Source of the DNA: Chiloscyllium plagiosum
Lineage: Eukaryota
Direction of reading: 5' to 3'
Length of the DNA stretch: 64,000 nucleotides
Assembly: GCF_004010195.1 (NCBI RefSeq)
Contig: NC_057719.1
Location: 79,283,678-79,347,677 of the forward strand
A model generated the notes under the pieces. The model had not been told where the DNA came from and did not search any database. It was given only the letters and a program-made list of their open reading frames with translations. Numbering within the stretch: the first letter of the stretch is position 1; each line of letters opens with the position of its first letter. A program made the position numbers and the translations under genes. Of the stretch, positions 47,923 through 60,721 are shown one piece after another.

Positions 47923-48258
47923 GGGCACCCTTGGGTCAGTGGTTAGCACTGCTGCCTCACAGCTCCAGGGACCCAGGTTCGATTCCAGCCTCGGATGATT
48001 GTCTGTGTGGAGTTTGCACATTCTCCCCATGTCTGCGTGGGTTTTCTCCAGGTACTCCAGTTTCCTCCAACAATCTAAAGATGTGCAGTTTAGGTGAATT
48101 GGCCATGCTAAATTGCTCATAGAGTTCAAGGATGTGTAGCCATGGGAAATGTAGGGTTATACGTTAAGGGGATGGGTCTGAGAGGGATACTCTTCAGAGG
48201 GGCAGTGTGGAATTGTCGTGCCAAATGGCCTGTTTTCACACTGTAGATATTCTATGTT
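47923..48258 (+). mobile_element. HE1 SINE
   Basis: HE1 head, core and tail. Confidence 0.92.
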
Positions 48259-48609
48259 CTGTAATCCTGCAAATATTTTCTTTCCTAATTTGGCTCATAC
48301 TTCATTCATTGAGTGTGACTGGACCACAGTTCCAAGCCATCTATGAGTTTGTAGGGTTGCTTGGCAAACCCAAACAGATTAGCCTTGTTCATCCAGGACC
48401 ACCTGCAGGAGCTATGATGTGACAGCTAAGGAAATATTAGCACAAGAACTGTTAGTGGGATTGATGTCCATTTCCGTCACATCTCTGAAGGTGCCAAATG
48501 TTCAATGGAGTTAGTAATTGGGGTTACCGGATACTCTGACTGTACACCTCTGCACTTCTGTTGAGGAAGGGTGTGTGTATGTGTGTGTCTTTTGACCACT
48601 TGTTTTTTC

Positions 48610-49500
48610 ATAGGATGTGGGCATTGTTGACTGCTCCTCTATGTAATGTACACCTGCTCAGAAGTGAGTTTCAGAATTTTGACCCACTGGCAGTGAAGGA
48701 ATAGTGATATAAAACCAGGTCAGGATGACGTTTGGTTTGGAGGGAAACTTGCAAGTGGTGGTCGTCTCATGTAACCGCTGCCCTTGTCCTCCCAGCCAGA
48801 CAAGTTATGGATTTGAAAATTGCTGTCAAAGGACAGTTACTGCAGTTCGTATTGTTGTCACTGTGTGTCAATAACGGAGGGAGTGAATGTTTGTGGGTGT
48901 GGTGTCAATCAAGCGGGCTGCTTTGACCTGGACGGTGTTGCGCTTCCTGAGTGTGGTTGGAGCAGCACTCATCCAAACAACTGGGGAGGATTAGATTAGA
49001 TTCCCTACAGTGTGGAAACAGGCCCTTCAGCCCAACAAGTCCACACCGACCCTCCAACAAGTAACCCACCCAGACCCATTTCCCGCTGACTAATACACTA
49101 CGGGCAATTTAGCATGGCCAATTCACCTGACCTGCATATCTTTGGACTATGGGAGGAAACCGGAGCAAATCCATGCAGACACTGGGAGACACTGCAAGCT
49201 CCACACAGACAGCCGCCTGAGGCTGGAATCGAACCCGGGTCCCTGGTGCTGTGAAGCAACAATGCTAACCACTGTGCCACCATGCCATTCCATCACCTTC
49301 CTGACTTGTGCTTTATGAATGGTGGGATAGGCTTTGGGAAGTGAAAAAGTGGGTTACTAGTTGCAGAATCCCAATCTCAGATCTGCTCTTGTAGCTACAG
49401 TATTTATTTATTTATGGTCAGTGGTATCTCACAAGAGGTTGATAATGAGGGAATTCAGTGGTGGTTGTCAATTGAATGCCAATGGTTGATAGTTACAAAC
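48610..49500 (-). mobile_element. Old CR1-clade LINE 3' fragment interrupted by HE1
   Basis: cagtgaaggaatagtgatat, gggaaacttgcaagtggtgg, gggctgctttgacctggacggtgttg and cagcactcatcca segments. Confidence 0.6.
48989..49286 (-). mobile_element. HE1 SINE
   Basis: Reverse HE1 with (attag)n tail. Confidence 0.93.
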
Positions 49501-50229
49501 AAATGCAAAATCCTTGGTTTGGCTTGAATAAGTGGGGCGAATGGCCTCCTCCTACACGATATCATTTCTATGGATGCTGGAAATCTGAAATAAAAATAGA
49601 AAATGCTGGAGAAGTTCAACAAGTCTAGCAGCATCTATCAAGAGAGAAATAAAATTAGTATTTTGTGACAATATGATTCTTCTTTTGATTCTCTCTCACT
49701 GGAAACATTCATTGTCTGGCACTGCAGTATGTTTGAACACTGGTCATTATCATCAGGGACTGGAGACTTTGCAGCATCCAATGCCTCCAGCCATTTCTTG
49801 GTATCATGTGAAATGAAGTGAATTGGCTGAAATTTGGCACCATGATACTGGGGATGTCTGGAGGAAGCAAAGATGAATGTCTCACAGTCTCTCACACACT
49901 CTGCTTGGCGTTTCTGGCTGAAGATGGTTTCAAATGCTTCAGCCTTGTGTGAGTGGTGGAGGTTGACAGGATCATGTGCGCTGTGATGCCCTCACAGTTG
50001 GTTATGTTGGCACCGCTCACCATCTGTGTTCAAATGTTCTCCGTCCTTTTCAAAGAGATTGGTAATTACTTTCAGCTTAGTTGCTGCTCGATTCCTTCAG
50101 TTTGTTCCAACAATTCCCCATGTTTAGATAGCTTCAAGTTGCAAAGGCCTGAAGGAAGTGTTGTGACAGGTGCTGAAGGATGATTTCCTGACTTCAAGGC
50201 TACGGTGTAAACCAGACCCCGCGGCCGGA

Positions 50230-51560
50230 ATAGACCTCCCTCTAGGAACAGATCGAGACTGGGAGAGTCAATGGAGGCAACGCAGAGCAAGACCTTGCAA
50301 GCTGTTCGCACCAGGCAAGGAAGTCTTTCAGCATGAGGGCAAACCCTCCCCAGAGCATTCAAGGAGCTACTGTCCTGAAGGAACTTTGAGGCTGGCTGAA
50401 ATGTTTCAGACATTATTCTTCACCAGGAAGGTTGTCAGTGAAATCTGTCACCTGTTGCAGCCACAACACTAACCTCCAAATGGCACACCGACCACATAGC
50501 TGTGGAAGAGATCTGTTTCTGAACTTCAATGTATCTGTCTATTTGCACTTGTATTTCACCATGGGCAGATCTTCCCTTTGATTTATCATGCCAGGTTAGT
50601 GTGAGCGTGAAGCATTGCTGATGCCACATCTTCACCATCACTGATTTCCAGTTTTCCTTCATTGTCTGGTCAGGCTGCATAAACTCATAAAGATATCTAG
50701 CACGGAAACAAACCCTACGGTCCAACTTATTCTTGCTGAGCAGATATCCTAAATTAATCGAGTCCCATTTACCAGCATTTGGCCCACATCTCTCAAACCC
50801 CTTCTTATTCATACCCAACCATATGCCTTTTAAATGTTTTAATTGCACTAGCCTCCACCACTTCCTCTGGCAACCACCCTCTGTGTGAAAAAGTTGCCCC
50901 TCAGGTAACTTTTTTTAAATCTTTCGCCTCTCACTGGCTTATAGTCACTACCTTAGAGGCCTTAATCGGGGAATCACAAAGGAGAAGAGATGGCCTTTTT
51001 GCATTGGGGTCTAGGAGGCCCTCCAGACATCTGGACTTAAGGTTGTGAGTAGGAGCAGATGACAATGGAGGTCAGTCTCAGGAGTCAAGCTATGAGGAAC
51101 AAGATGTAATACTGTAAAAAGTTCAAGGATGTTACATGACCATTCAAGGTCAGAAAACACATTTTCAGATGCTATAAATTGGACCATGATCCTTAGCTGT
51201 TGCTTATTCATCACATCAGCCAGCAGTCACCTATCTACAAATGCTATCAATTGGGTGTATACCTAATGTGAATAGGCTTCACCTCAACTTCTCACACTGA
51301 GCACTGCAGGAACTCTCACGTCCATCATGACAGGCACATCTCCTGATATTCAATGCACACTTCCCCCACTCACACTGGGGAAGACAGCACACCTACATGT
51401 TCTCACTTTCCCATGTGGCCATCAGTGCTGACCATTATGGAAGACTATACTGAAGAGCGCAGAGCCTTTGGGGAAGCAGACTGTACTGAAAATGATGGTA
51501 TCATTGTACTTCATCCTCCCTTTCACAGCTCAAGGCTACATTCCATAATCCCCAGTAGGT
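50230..51560 (+). mobile_element. Decayed PIF/Harbinger transposon: transposase N-terminus then Myb/SANT-like ORF, interrupted by CR1 (~50685-50930)
   Basis: FTRKVVSEICHLLQPQ (~50419-50466) resembles HARBI1-type N-terminus; LEALIGESQRRRDGLF..RRPSRH..EQMTMEVS..KKFKDVT (~50953-51148) resembles Harbinger Myb/SANT domain; contains stops. Confidence 0.6.
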
Positions 51561-51594
51561 CCTAGGTCGCCCATCACAACTCCTTATCCATTTA

Positions 51595-52060
51595 GATTTG
51601 CAAGGTTGTTAGAGGGTTTGAGCTATAGGGAGAGTCTGAATAGGCTGCAGCTATTTTCCCTGAATTGGTGGAGGCTCTCGGGTAGTCCTGTAGAAGTTTA
51701 TAAATTTATGAAGGGCACGGATAGGGTGAATAGTCATGGTCTTTTCACCAGTGTTGTGGAGTCCAAAACCAGAGGGCATAGGTTTAGGGTGAGAGGGGAA
51801 AGATTTAAAAGATACCCAAGAGGGCAACTTTTTCATGCAGAGGGTGGTGTGTGTATGAATGAGCTGTCCAAGGAAGTGGTGGAGGCTGGTACAATTACAA
51901 CATTTAAAAGGCATCTCGATGGGTACATGAATAGGAAGGGTTTGGAGGGATATGGGCCAAGTGCTGGCAAATGGGACTAGATTAGTTTAGGATATCTGGT
52001 CAGTGCGGACGAGTTGGATGGACGGGTCTGATTCTGTGATGTACAAATCTATGACTCCAT
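51595..52060 (+). mobile_element. CR1/HER1-type LINE 3' fragment
   Basis: ORF 51606-51980: LEGLSYRESLNRLQLFSL..TRGHRFRVRGERFK. Confidence 0.92.
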
Positions 52061-53006
52061 GTGATGGAATACATTTAATACTACCTCCGGAAATACATGT
52101 AATGATAGTTGGTAGCCCTACATTTAAGGACCGAGAGGAGGAGAAACATTTTTCCACAGAGAGTTGACAGTCTTTTGAATTCTCTTTCACGCTAACGGTG
52201 CTGGAAACAGAGCCTTTGAATGTTTTTTTTTCCTGAAGGCTGAACTGGATAGATTCTTGGAAAATCAAGGAGTGAAAGGTAGGCCAGAATATGGAGTAAT
52301 CAGATCAGCCATAATCTTATTGAACAGGCTCGAGGGGCCTATTCCTGCCTCTGAATTGTTTTACTTTAAATGTTCAAATGTTTTACTTTAATTCTTTCCC
52401 CAGTGCCTCTGGTTATATTGTTCCCTCTCTGTGGTTCCTGTGCATTCTCTTTATCTACCCCCAGCAACCCTTCAGCCTTCCTTTGTTTCAGAACACAGCC
52501 CGCTTCTTACCTCTCTCCTGTATCTTCTCCCTACCCCCATCATGAATGTGTGCTCCTCCTTAATCCCTCCCTTGGTGCCAATCTGTCCCTATCCCTGAGG
52601 CCGATCTGTGCTCTTCACTTGATGTTGAGTGCTGTTTTACTGCGATAATGGTCTGATGGTTTCCTGCCGATACTGTAATTAAAGACTGTACCCTTGCTCT
52701 TTGATTCTGAGCCAGGGACACTGTCTCTTCCCCAGCTACCGCACTTCTCAGGTTTCAGTCTGATTCTAAACCACCAGCACTTTTCCATCACTTTCCCCAA
52801 GCAACAAAACTTGCTGGATTGCAGTTCAAACAAGTGATGTTTTTTTTTTAATGTCCTTGAGTTTAGTTGGTTGAGGTATATAGATGGTGTAGGTGCAAAG
52901 AAACAGTTTCCTCTTGTGAATGAGGAAAGGAACATGTTTTCAAAGCTGCAACTAGGTCCTTCAAGAGTTAAAGTCAGACGCACCTTTTAACACAAAGACA
53001 AAAAAG

Positions 53007-53216
53007 TTAAAAATCACACAACACCAGGTTATAGTCCCAACAGGTTTATTTGGAAGCACTAGCTTTCGGAGCGCTGTTCCTTAGTCAGGTAGTTAGTGGA
53101 AGGGGCAGTGCTTTGAAAGCTAGTGCTTCCAAATAAACCTGTTGGACTATAACCTGGTGTTGTGTGTTTTTTTTTTAAACTTTGTCCACCCCAGTCCAAC
53201 ACCGACACCTCCACAT
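53007..53216. mobile_element. Penelope-like family B inverted element, cores mutated
   Basis: Long inverted arms; ggaacagcgctcc GAAA gc TA gtg on minus; TSD caa(a/g)gacaaaaaag at 52993-53006 and 53217-53230. Confidence 0.78.
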
Positions 53217-53230
53217 CAAGGACAAAAAAG

Positions 53231-53660
53231 ATACACCGAATAAATTCAGCATTGAGGGACATCAGTTATGTAGGTGAGTTATGGAAAGAAGCTGAAGCTG
53301 TTTGTCCTGGGGCAGAGATTGCTGAAAGGAAATTTGATAGAGATCTTCAAAATCACGAGGGGTCCAGCCAGAGGAGATGGGGAGAAATCACTTCCATTGA
53401 TGAAAGGGTCGAGAAGGGTACCAATTTAAGGAAATTTGGTAAAAGACTGAATGGAGACATGGGGAAAACCTACCTCATCAAGAGAGTGGTCAGGATCCAG
53501 AATGTGTTTAGTGGAGGTAGTTTCATTTGAGGTAAGGAAAAATGTGCAGGATCATAGGGAGAGGCAGGGCAACAGCACTAGGTAAATCATACCATCAGTG
53601 AGCTGGCACAGACACAATCGGTGGAAGGCCTCATTCTGCACTGAAACTATTCTGTGGTTC
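53231..53660 (+). mobile_element. Old CR1 3' fragment
   Basis: LRDISY, DLIEIFKITRG and RVVRIQNVF decayed motifs. Confidence 0.65.
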
Positions 53661-54063
53661 TGTAAAGGAAATCGTCAACGCTCCTTCTCTTATAAGTCTT
53701 CAGAGCCTGGAGAATTTGAAATTCAAGGATTGAATTTTGAAAACTGCAACAGTTGGACTTTTTTTGGGGGGTGAGAATGGATTTGGAACAAAGCCAGTGG
53801 ACAAGGTTGAGGTATAGGTCAGCCACAAGCTAACTGAATGATCAAGCCGGCCAAAGGGGCTGAATGGCCTTTTCCCAACCTAATGGCAGGAGCCTGGCAG
53901 GTACGTCTGCCAGTTCGGTTGTATTCGAGTGCAGCTCCATACCATTGAATGGCGCAACTGTGTTGCCATTGCAAGTATATCTCCACTCAATGTTCAAACT
54001 GACCCCAAATTGATCGATGGAGTGGCAAAAATGATCAAACTATCCTGAGTCTTTTATGACTCT

Positions 54064-54406
54064 GCACAGTAGCTCAATGGTTAGCACAGCACCAGGAACC
54101 CAGGTCCAGTTCCACCCTTGGGTGACTGTCTATGCGGAACTTGCACATTCTCCCTGCGTCTGCATGGGTTTCCTCTGGGTGCTCCGGTTTCCTCCCTCAG
54201 TCCAAACATGTGCAGATTAGGTGGATTAGCTATGCTAAATTACTCATAGTCTCAAGGGATGTGCAGGCTAGATAGCTTAGCCATAGGAAATGCATGGTTG
54301 CAGGGATAGGGTGGAGGTGTGGGTCTGTGCACAGTGCTCTTCAAAGGGTCAGTGTGGACTTGGTGGGCTGAATGGCCTGCCTCCACACTGTAGCAATTCT
54401 ATGACT
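54064..54406 (+). mobile_element. HE1 SINE
   Basis: HE1 core and tail. Confidence 0.88.
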
Positions 54407-54429
54407 GCTGCAGTTCTGAGGTGTGAGCT

Positions 54430-55250
54430 GCGCAGTAGGGAGGCTGCAGAAGGACTTGGATAGGCTGGTAGGGTGAGCAAAGAAGTGGCAGATGGAATAA
54501 AATATGGGAAAAGTGTGAGGTTATGTACTTTGGTTGGAAGAGTAGAGGCATAGACTATTTTCTAAATGGGGAAAAGGCTTCAGAAATCTGAAGCAGAAAG
54601 AGAGTCCGAGTACAGGATTCTCTTCAGGTTAATATGCAGGTTCATTTGGCAGTTAGGAAGGCAAATGCAATGTTTAGCATTCAGTTCAAGAGGGTTAGAA
54701 TATAACAGCAGAGCTGTACTGTTGAGGTCGTATAAGGCTCTGGTCAGACTACATTTGAGATATTGTGAGCTGTGCTGGGCCCTGTATTTAAGGAAGGGTG
54801 TGCTGGCATTGGAAGGGATCCAGAGTAGGTTTACAAGAATGATCCCGGGAATGAAGTGTTTGTCACATGAGGTCTCTGGATGTGTACTTGATGGAGCTTA
54901 GAAGAATGAGGAGGTTTCTGATTGAAACAAAACACTGAGAGGCCTAGAAAGAGAGGAGATGATGATTCCACTAGTGGGACAGACCAGGACCTGAGGGCAC
55001 AGCCTCAGAGTAAAGGTTTGATCCTTGAGATGAAGAAGGTTTTCTTTCAGTCAGAGTGTGGTGAACCTGTGGGACTTATTGCCACAGAAGGCAATGGAGG
55101 CCAAGTCACTGAGAGTATTTAAAACAGAGATAGCTTCTTCGTGAGTGAGGGGATCAAGGGTAACAGGGAGAAGGCAAGAGAATGGGGCTGAGAAACATTT
55201 CAGCCATGATCGAATGATTGGATGGGCCGAATGGCCTGCTCCTCATTCTT
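54430..55250 (+). mobile_element. CR1 3' fragment
   Basis: YKALVRLHLRYC..ALEGIQSRFTRMIPGMK. Confidence 0.88.
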
Positions 55251-55449
55251 ACAGTTTTTAGCCAAGATATTTAGGTGCCATTTGACCACCAAAGCCATCA
55301 CAGATATCCTCAATTCTCCACTCAGCAGGGAGACTGTACTTTCCAAAAATATGAAATGGTCAAGAACAGTGCCCAGTGAAATATATTCTCCTCAGGATCT
55401 AAAAGGAAGCAGCTCTGGTTGTGTACAGCTAACTAAGAATAGACATTTG

Positions 55450-56378
55450 TGTGCATACACACGCATGTACACACACATACGTATACACACATACACACAT
55501 GTACATACACATGCACGTGTACACACACACGTATTATATGAATTATACAATGAACGAAAGAGCCTTGGGAAAAGTTGATGGGCAGAGGGATCTGGGAGTG
55601 CAGGTCTTTTGTACCTGAAAGGTGCTGCACAGGTGGATAGAGTGATCAAGAAGGCATATAGTATGCTTGCCTTCATTGGACGGGGTATTGAATATAAGAG
55701 CTGGCAAGTCATGTTAAAATTGTACAAGACATTGGTTCGGCCGCATTTAGAATACTGTGTACAGTTCTGGTCGCCACATTACCAAAAGGATGTGAATACT
55801 TTGGAGAGGGTGCAGAGAAGGTTTACAAGGATGTTGCCTGGTATGAAAGGTGCTAGTTATGAAGAGAGATTGAGTAGGTTAGATTTGTTTTCATTAGAAA
55901 AAAGGAGATTGAGGGGGTACCTGATGGGTATAGACAGGGTGGATAGAGACCAGCTTTCTCCCAGGGTGAAGGAATCAATAACGAGAGGTCACACTTTCAA
56001 GGTGAGAGGTGTAACGTTTAGGGGGGATACACACGGCAAGTACATCACACAGAGGGTGGTGGGCGTCTGGAATGCATTGCCAGCAGAGGTGGTAGAGGCA
56101 GGCTCGGTAGATTCATTTAAGATGCGTCTGGATAGATGCATGAGTAGGTGGGGAGCAGAGGGATACAGATGCGTAGGAACTGACCGACAGGTTTAACAGT
56201 ACATTTGGATCGGCCCAGGCTTGGAGGGCCGAAGGGCCTGTTCCTGGGCTGTAAAGTTTCTTTGCTCTTTGTACATATACACACTAGACACACGTACGCA
56301 CACACACATATATGTGTGCATGTACACACACATAAACGCGCACACACATACATACACACAAACACACCCACACACACG
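55450..56378. repeat. CA-rich microsatellite split by a CR1 insertion (55450-55530 and 56272-56378)
   Basis: Seen directly. Confidence 0.85.
55537..56271 (+). mobile_element. Young CR1 3' fragment (195-aa RT C-terminal ORF 55609-56196)
   Basis: YKTLVRPHLEYCVQFWSPHYQKD..LERVQRRFTRMLPG..VVGVWNALPAEVVEA. Confidence 0.95.
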
Positions 56379-57124
56379 AGGGATCATCGTTTCCAAATAA
56401 AAGCAAAAAACCAGATGGGGTTGCAGTTCCAGGCGAGAAGATGCAGTGAAAGCACTGTCCCTTTTTCAGGCCCGGGAAAGGGTTAACGCCTGATTGATGA
56501 GGGAGGGGTCTTGTGTCAGTCACTGCCTGGTACAGTCAGCTGTTCACAGTGCCTCACAACAGACAGCAAGAACAACTTGCTTATGTTGCAGTGTTGCAGA
56601 GCTGGAGAGGAGGTGCCAGGGCAGACTTAGTATCAGGGAACACAGGCGAAGCATCGAGAATCCTTTACATGTAGGTATCAGTTAATTTGTCTTTTAACCT
56701 TCTTCCTTCATTTCTTGAAGGCACTGATATTTCTGCCAGATTCAGTTCAACTTCTTGAATAGACAGGGCACAGGTTATCATGAGCTGATGCTGGAGGTAG
56801 TGCCCTCACCAGCAGGGACTGTGCCCATCGACTGGCAGTCGGGTAGTAGCATTGGCCTTGCCTGGTGAGGACCTGGGATCTTCTTCCCCCTCCCCTCCCC
56901 CCGCCACCAAGTTTACATGGTCTGGGAGGGCATACCGAAGGACAGTCACTGTATCCCTAACTCAGACAGGTAAGCCTCCAAACAGGCCACAGTACTCAGC
57001 GAAGGGTTTTTTTCTGTAAGACCAAAGGCACGATGGCAACAAAAACAGTGTCACATGAGAGAGGACTGGGGCCCTGCTAACACATCCTACATTTTTTTTG
57101 CCCATAGCAAGGAAGTCTTGGGAC

Positions 57125-57525
57125 TTGTGTAGTGCCTTTCGCCACCGCAAAGTCTCGAACCACTTTAAAGCTTAGCCATAGTTTGAGAAATGCAGCTTCC
57201 AATTTCTGCACAGCAAGATCCCACAGGCAATATCGCGACAAGTGACTAGCCGGTTGGTTTGGCTGATACTGGTGGCGGGATAAACTGACCAGAACGTTGT
57301 GGAGCATTCCCCTGTTTCTCGTTTGAGCTCGCGTCGCTGCTTTTGATTCACATCCGTGTGAGAGGACAGATGGGGCATCAGTTTAACACTTCACATTGAA
57401 GCAACATCTGTGGCAGTGCTGCACTCCCTCAGCACTGCAACTGGAATCTGTGCTTAAGACTATAATGAGACTCAAATCCATGTGTTTCTGACTTGGAGGC
57501 AAGAGGGCAAACCACTGGACCATGG
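57125..57525 (-). mobile_element. DeuSINE
   Basis: caatttctgcacagcaagatcccaca..gcactccctcagcactgca..ggaggcaagagggc. Confidence 0.75.
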
Positions 57526-58044
57526 CACATGCCATTTTTACACCACTTTCTGCTCTCTGATGCCCCCTTCAGGCTTCCTGTCTTAATACAGTGTAAGGGA
57601 ATTTGAAAATCTGAGTATTTCTCCTGTGAGGCTTTTGCATGTTTACTTTTGCTTTAGTGTTTGGTTATTGAACTGCTTGTAGTCAAAATACCAGCTTATT
57701 TAAAAAAAAATTGCTGTAATCCCCTTTGTACCTCTTATAATCCTTCACTGGCGAGTCTCAGTGTCTCGTTATGAGAGCGTGTTGATTTACCTCACTTTTA
57801 ATACTTCCCTTTGCAGCTGAACTTGGGTCCTGTTCTATGAACCTTGGTCCTTCACTCAGAGTTTCCAGCGATAAGCCTAGGGGAAGCACAGCAATTGAAA
57901 CTCAAACACAAACCTGAATTGTTTAGGTGTTAGGAAACAGTTTCTGTAGTTAGTCCAGTCAGGGATCACGAGTTTGCTTTCCAGTCTGTCTTTGCTCTAA
58001 CGTTGTATTGTGTGTGAAAGTTGCACCTGAATGCGGCGAGAAAC

Positions 58045-58050
58045 TTTATT
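58045..58050 (-). terminator. Candidate polyadenylation signal AATAAA
   Basis: tttatt on plus strand, ~90 nt past the stop of the candidate terminal exon. Confidence 0.4.
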
Positions 58051-58139
58051 AGTACTTGACGAAGATTATAGTGTTTGAGAGATTACGCAATTCTTGCTCA
58101 GAGTTTCTTTCTCCATCTAAATCGTTTCCCAGTCATGTA

Positions 58140-58362
58140 TCAATTTGACTCAGGTCTCTTGAGATTTATGGATTCAAACTCCAGTTCGGAGTCTTCATCA
58201 CAACATTCTCCCTGTGGTGAGTGCTGTACAATTGAGCACAGCTTTTTACTGTGCAAATATCCCCCAATTAGTCTGGCAACGTCAGCCATCATTCCGTTGT
58301 TATTTATACTCATCACAATGCGCCTCATACGAACGAATATCTGTAGTTCGTCTTCCAGCTCT
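58140..58362 (-). CDS. Candidate terminal coding exon, unidentified protein
   Basis: ttgttttgtttgtgcag| acceptor; open frame ELEDELQIFVRMRRIVMSINNNGMMADVARLIGGYLHSKK..KRPESN*; unique sequence retaining CpGs; downstream AATAAA. Confidence 0.5.
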
Positions 58363-59121
58363 CTGCACAAACAAAACAATCTTATGCAGGCAGCATCAGT
58401 GACAATTTACTCATGTAGAATACATCCTTTGGCTGTCTATTGACATAAGCTTGCTTTGTAATGTTTGAGGAAGGAGTGCAGCCCAGTGATGGGACTAGCC
58501 TTGTGTCAACTGTGTTTACTAAAATGAAGAGCCTTTTTTTTTCCTCCTCATTTCTTTGTTCTATAAACTTGGTTTGGTGTAAGTTTCACTCCCTTTTATT
58601 CAAAACAAGATGGGTTGTGTTCTTGTGAGAAAAGTGATTGGGTGGTGTGATCATGTGATTTTAGACTTCTTTTGCCTGTTTATCAAGGGAGGCTGAGGAA
58701 CCTCTGACATAAGGTACCACCTCCTTTAGTGAATCTGCCAGGAGTATGAGGAATCCAAATTGCCTCTGAAATCTACATGTCTTGGAGTTTGGTTGGCAGT
58801 TGTTGACTCTGGCCGTACCGTATTCCGAGAGCTTTCATCTCATGACCTCTGAAAATCAAAACCTCCACCACCACCCCCATCCCCACACTCTACCCCTAAA
58901 GACCACCACACCATGATTCCCCCCTCCCCGCTAATGTTCCCACCATAGGCAGTCTGATGCATCACTCTTCATGGTGATTGGTCAATGATGGAGGCTACAC
59001 TTCCCATAGTTCCTCTTGCTGTAGAAAGTGCTCTATGTATGGAGCGATTTTACCAGTTTCGTTTTGGTAGTGGGGGGGCGCGGGGTGGTCACATCTGGGT
59101 ATACTTTGGTTCTTTGCTTAC

Positions 59122-59175
59122 TGTGAGCTTGTACAGAAGAACTTTCTTTTCCTTCTCTTGGGTTTCTTGAGGCCT
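59122..59175 (-). CDS. Candidate 54-nt internal exon
   Basis: atcatccttccag| acceptor and ACA|GTAAGC donor; open in all frames (phase 2 reads GLKKPKRRKRKFFCTSS). Confidence 0.35.
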
Positions 59176-59467
59176 CTGGAAGGATGATTATAACAGACAG
59201 CTGGACGGTTGTAGTGTTGACAACGCTAAGCATGGCTACAGCAAAGAGAGTGAGACAGTGAGAGAGAGGGTGGATAATGCCAATAACAAGAAATTATGTT
59301 TATACACGGTTTTTAATGAAATATCCCAGAATATCCCAGTATAAAACAAGACATGACACTGAGCCACATAAGGAGATCTTGAGTCAGATGGCCAAAGGTT
59401 TAGTCAAAGAGATGAACTTCAAGAAGTATCTTGGAGGAGGAATGAGAGGAGGTGGAGGGACAGCCGA

Positions 59468-59603
59468 TCAGGCAGCAGGAGAATCGACATTTCAGGCAAG
59501 AGCCCTTCCTCAGGAATGAGGCCCGTGCCCGAAACATTGATTCTCCTGCCCCTCAGATGCTGCCTGACCTGCTGTGTCTTTCCAGTACCCCACTCTCGAC
59601 TCT
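59468..59603. mobile_element. Penelope-like family A inverted element, degraded
   Basis: ggagaatcgacatttcaggcaagagcccttcctcaggaatg / gcccgaaacattgattctcctgcc. Confidence 0.7.
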
Positions 59604-60109
59604 GTTGTAAAAACCCATCTGTTAATTTGGTGTCCTTTTACAGAAAGAGATCTGTCATCCTAACCTGTCTGGCCAAGATGTGACCTATAAACCCAGAGCA
59701 ATGTGGTTGTGGCAATTAGACATGGGCAAGAAAGCGAGTGACACCCACATTCCATGTACGAATGGCGGATCAAAAATTATAAATGAGGCACAAGAAGCCA
59801 GATTAGAGGAGCACAGATATCTTGGAGGCTTGGAAGAGATTAGAAAGTTAGGGAGATAAATGGAGGCAACTCTTCCTGTGTTTTGTTTCTGGGTGATTTA
59901 TGAGCGGACCCTCTAACAATGCAAGTGCCGTAAACAAGTACTTTTCCTGTACTAAACTGCAGTCTGCACAGACTGAATCCCTTATCCAGCAAGACTCCTA
60001 ACTTCTCTGTCTACCGTTGATAATTGTTATTTGACTTTCATGAGTGAAAATGCATTCCTTTGGTTTCAACCCTCTGATTCATTGAGTTGTAATTTTAGCT
60101 TTAGCTTCC

Positions 60110-60490
60110 TTGATGTGACAGCTCTCACCTGTGCGTCAGAGGGCTCACGGTTAAAGAGATTTGAATGCATAATCCAAGCTGACACTCCCTGTTCCAGCGC
60201 TGTACAAAGGGAATCCTGCATTGTCAGAAGGCTGACATGTTAACCATTGCCCCATGAGTTGCGTCTGTCAGGTTCTATCACATTATTTGAAGAAAAGCAG
60301 GCATCCCTGATAGCTTAAAAAATTTATCCCTCAACAATGCAACATGACAGATAGTATGATGTTTGTTGTTTGTGGTATCCTGGCTCTATGCATATTGACT
60401 GCTGTGTTTCCAAAGTTCCAACAGTGTGACCATGTTTGTAAAGTACATCATTTGCTGTGAAACAGTTTCATTGAGGCGTCTTTGTTTGGC
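60110..60490 (+). mobile_element. DeuSINE
   Basis: atccaagctgacactcc..ttttgaagaaaagcagg..atttatccctcaac..aagtacatcatttgctg. Confidence 0.7.
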
Positions 60491-60661
60491 CTCATGGCTG
60501 GAGAACTGAAATATAAAACACAAAGAAAATGGCTTGCTCCTCCCCTCCCACCCCACCCAACTCCCACTGAGGGGTTTGTTGTTCACTCACACCAGTTAAG
60601 TAGCTGATTTTGTATCGCAAAAGCCTCCAGGGCAGTAGGAAAGGTACCGTGGCTTCACTCT

Positions 60662-60662
60662 C

Positions 60663-60718
<56 letters not shown>
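60662..60718. repeat. (GT)n(GA)n compound microsatellite
   Basis: Seen directly. Confidence 0.97.

Positions 60719-60721
<3 letters not shown>

Noticed and set aside
53890..54048. ~50-codon open frame in unique DNA
   Set aside because: No start or splice support and no recognisable motif
55609..56196. Longest ORF (195 aa) as a host gene or active LINE
   Set aside because: 5'-truncated CR1 RT C-terminus with an internal deletion; no endonuclease or catalytic core
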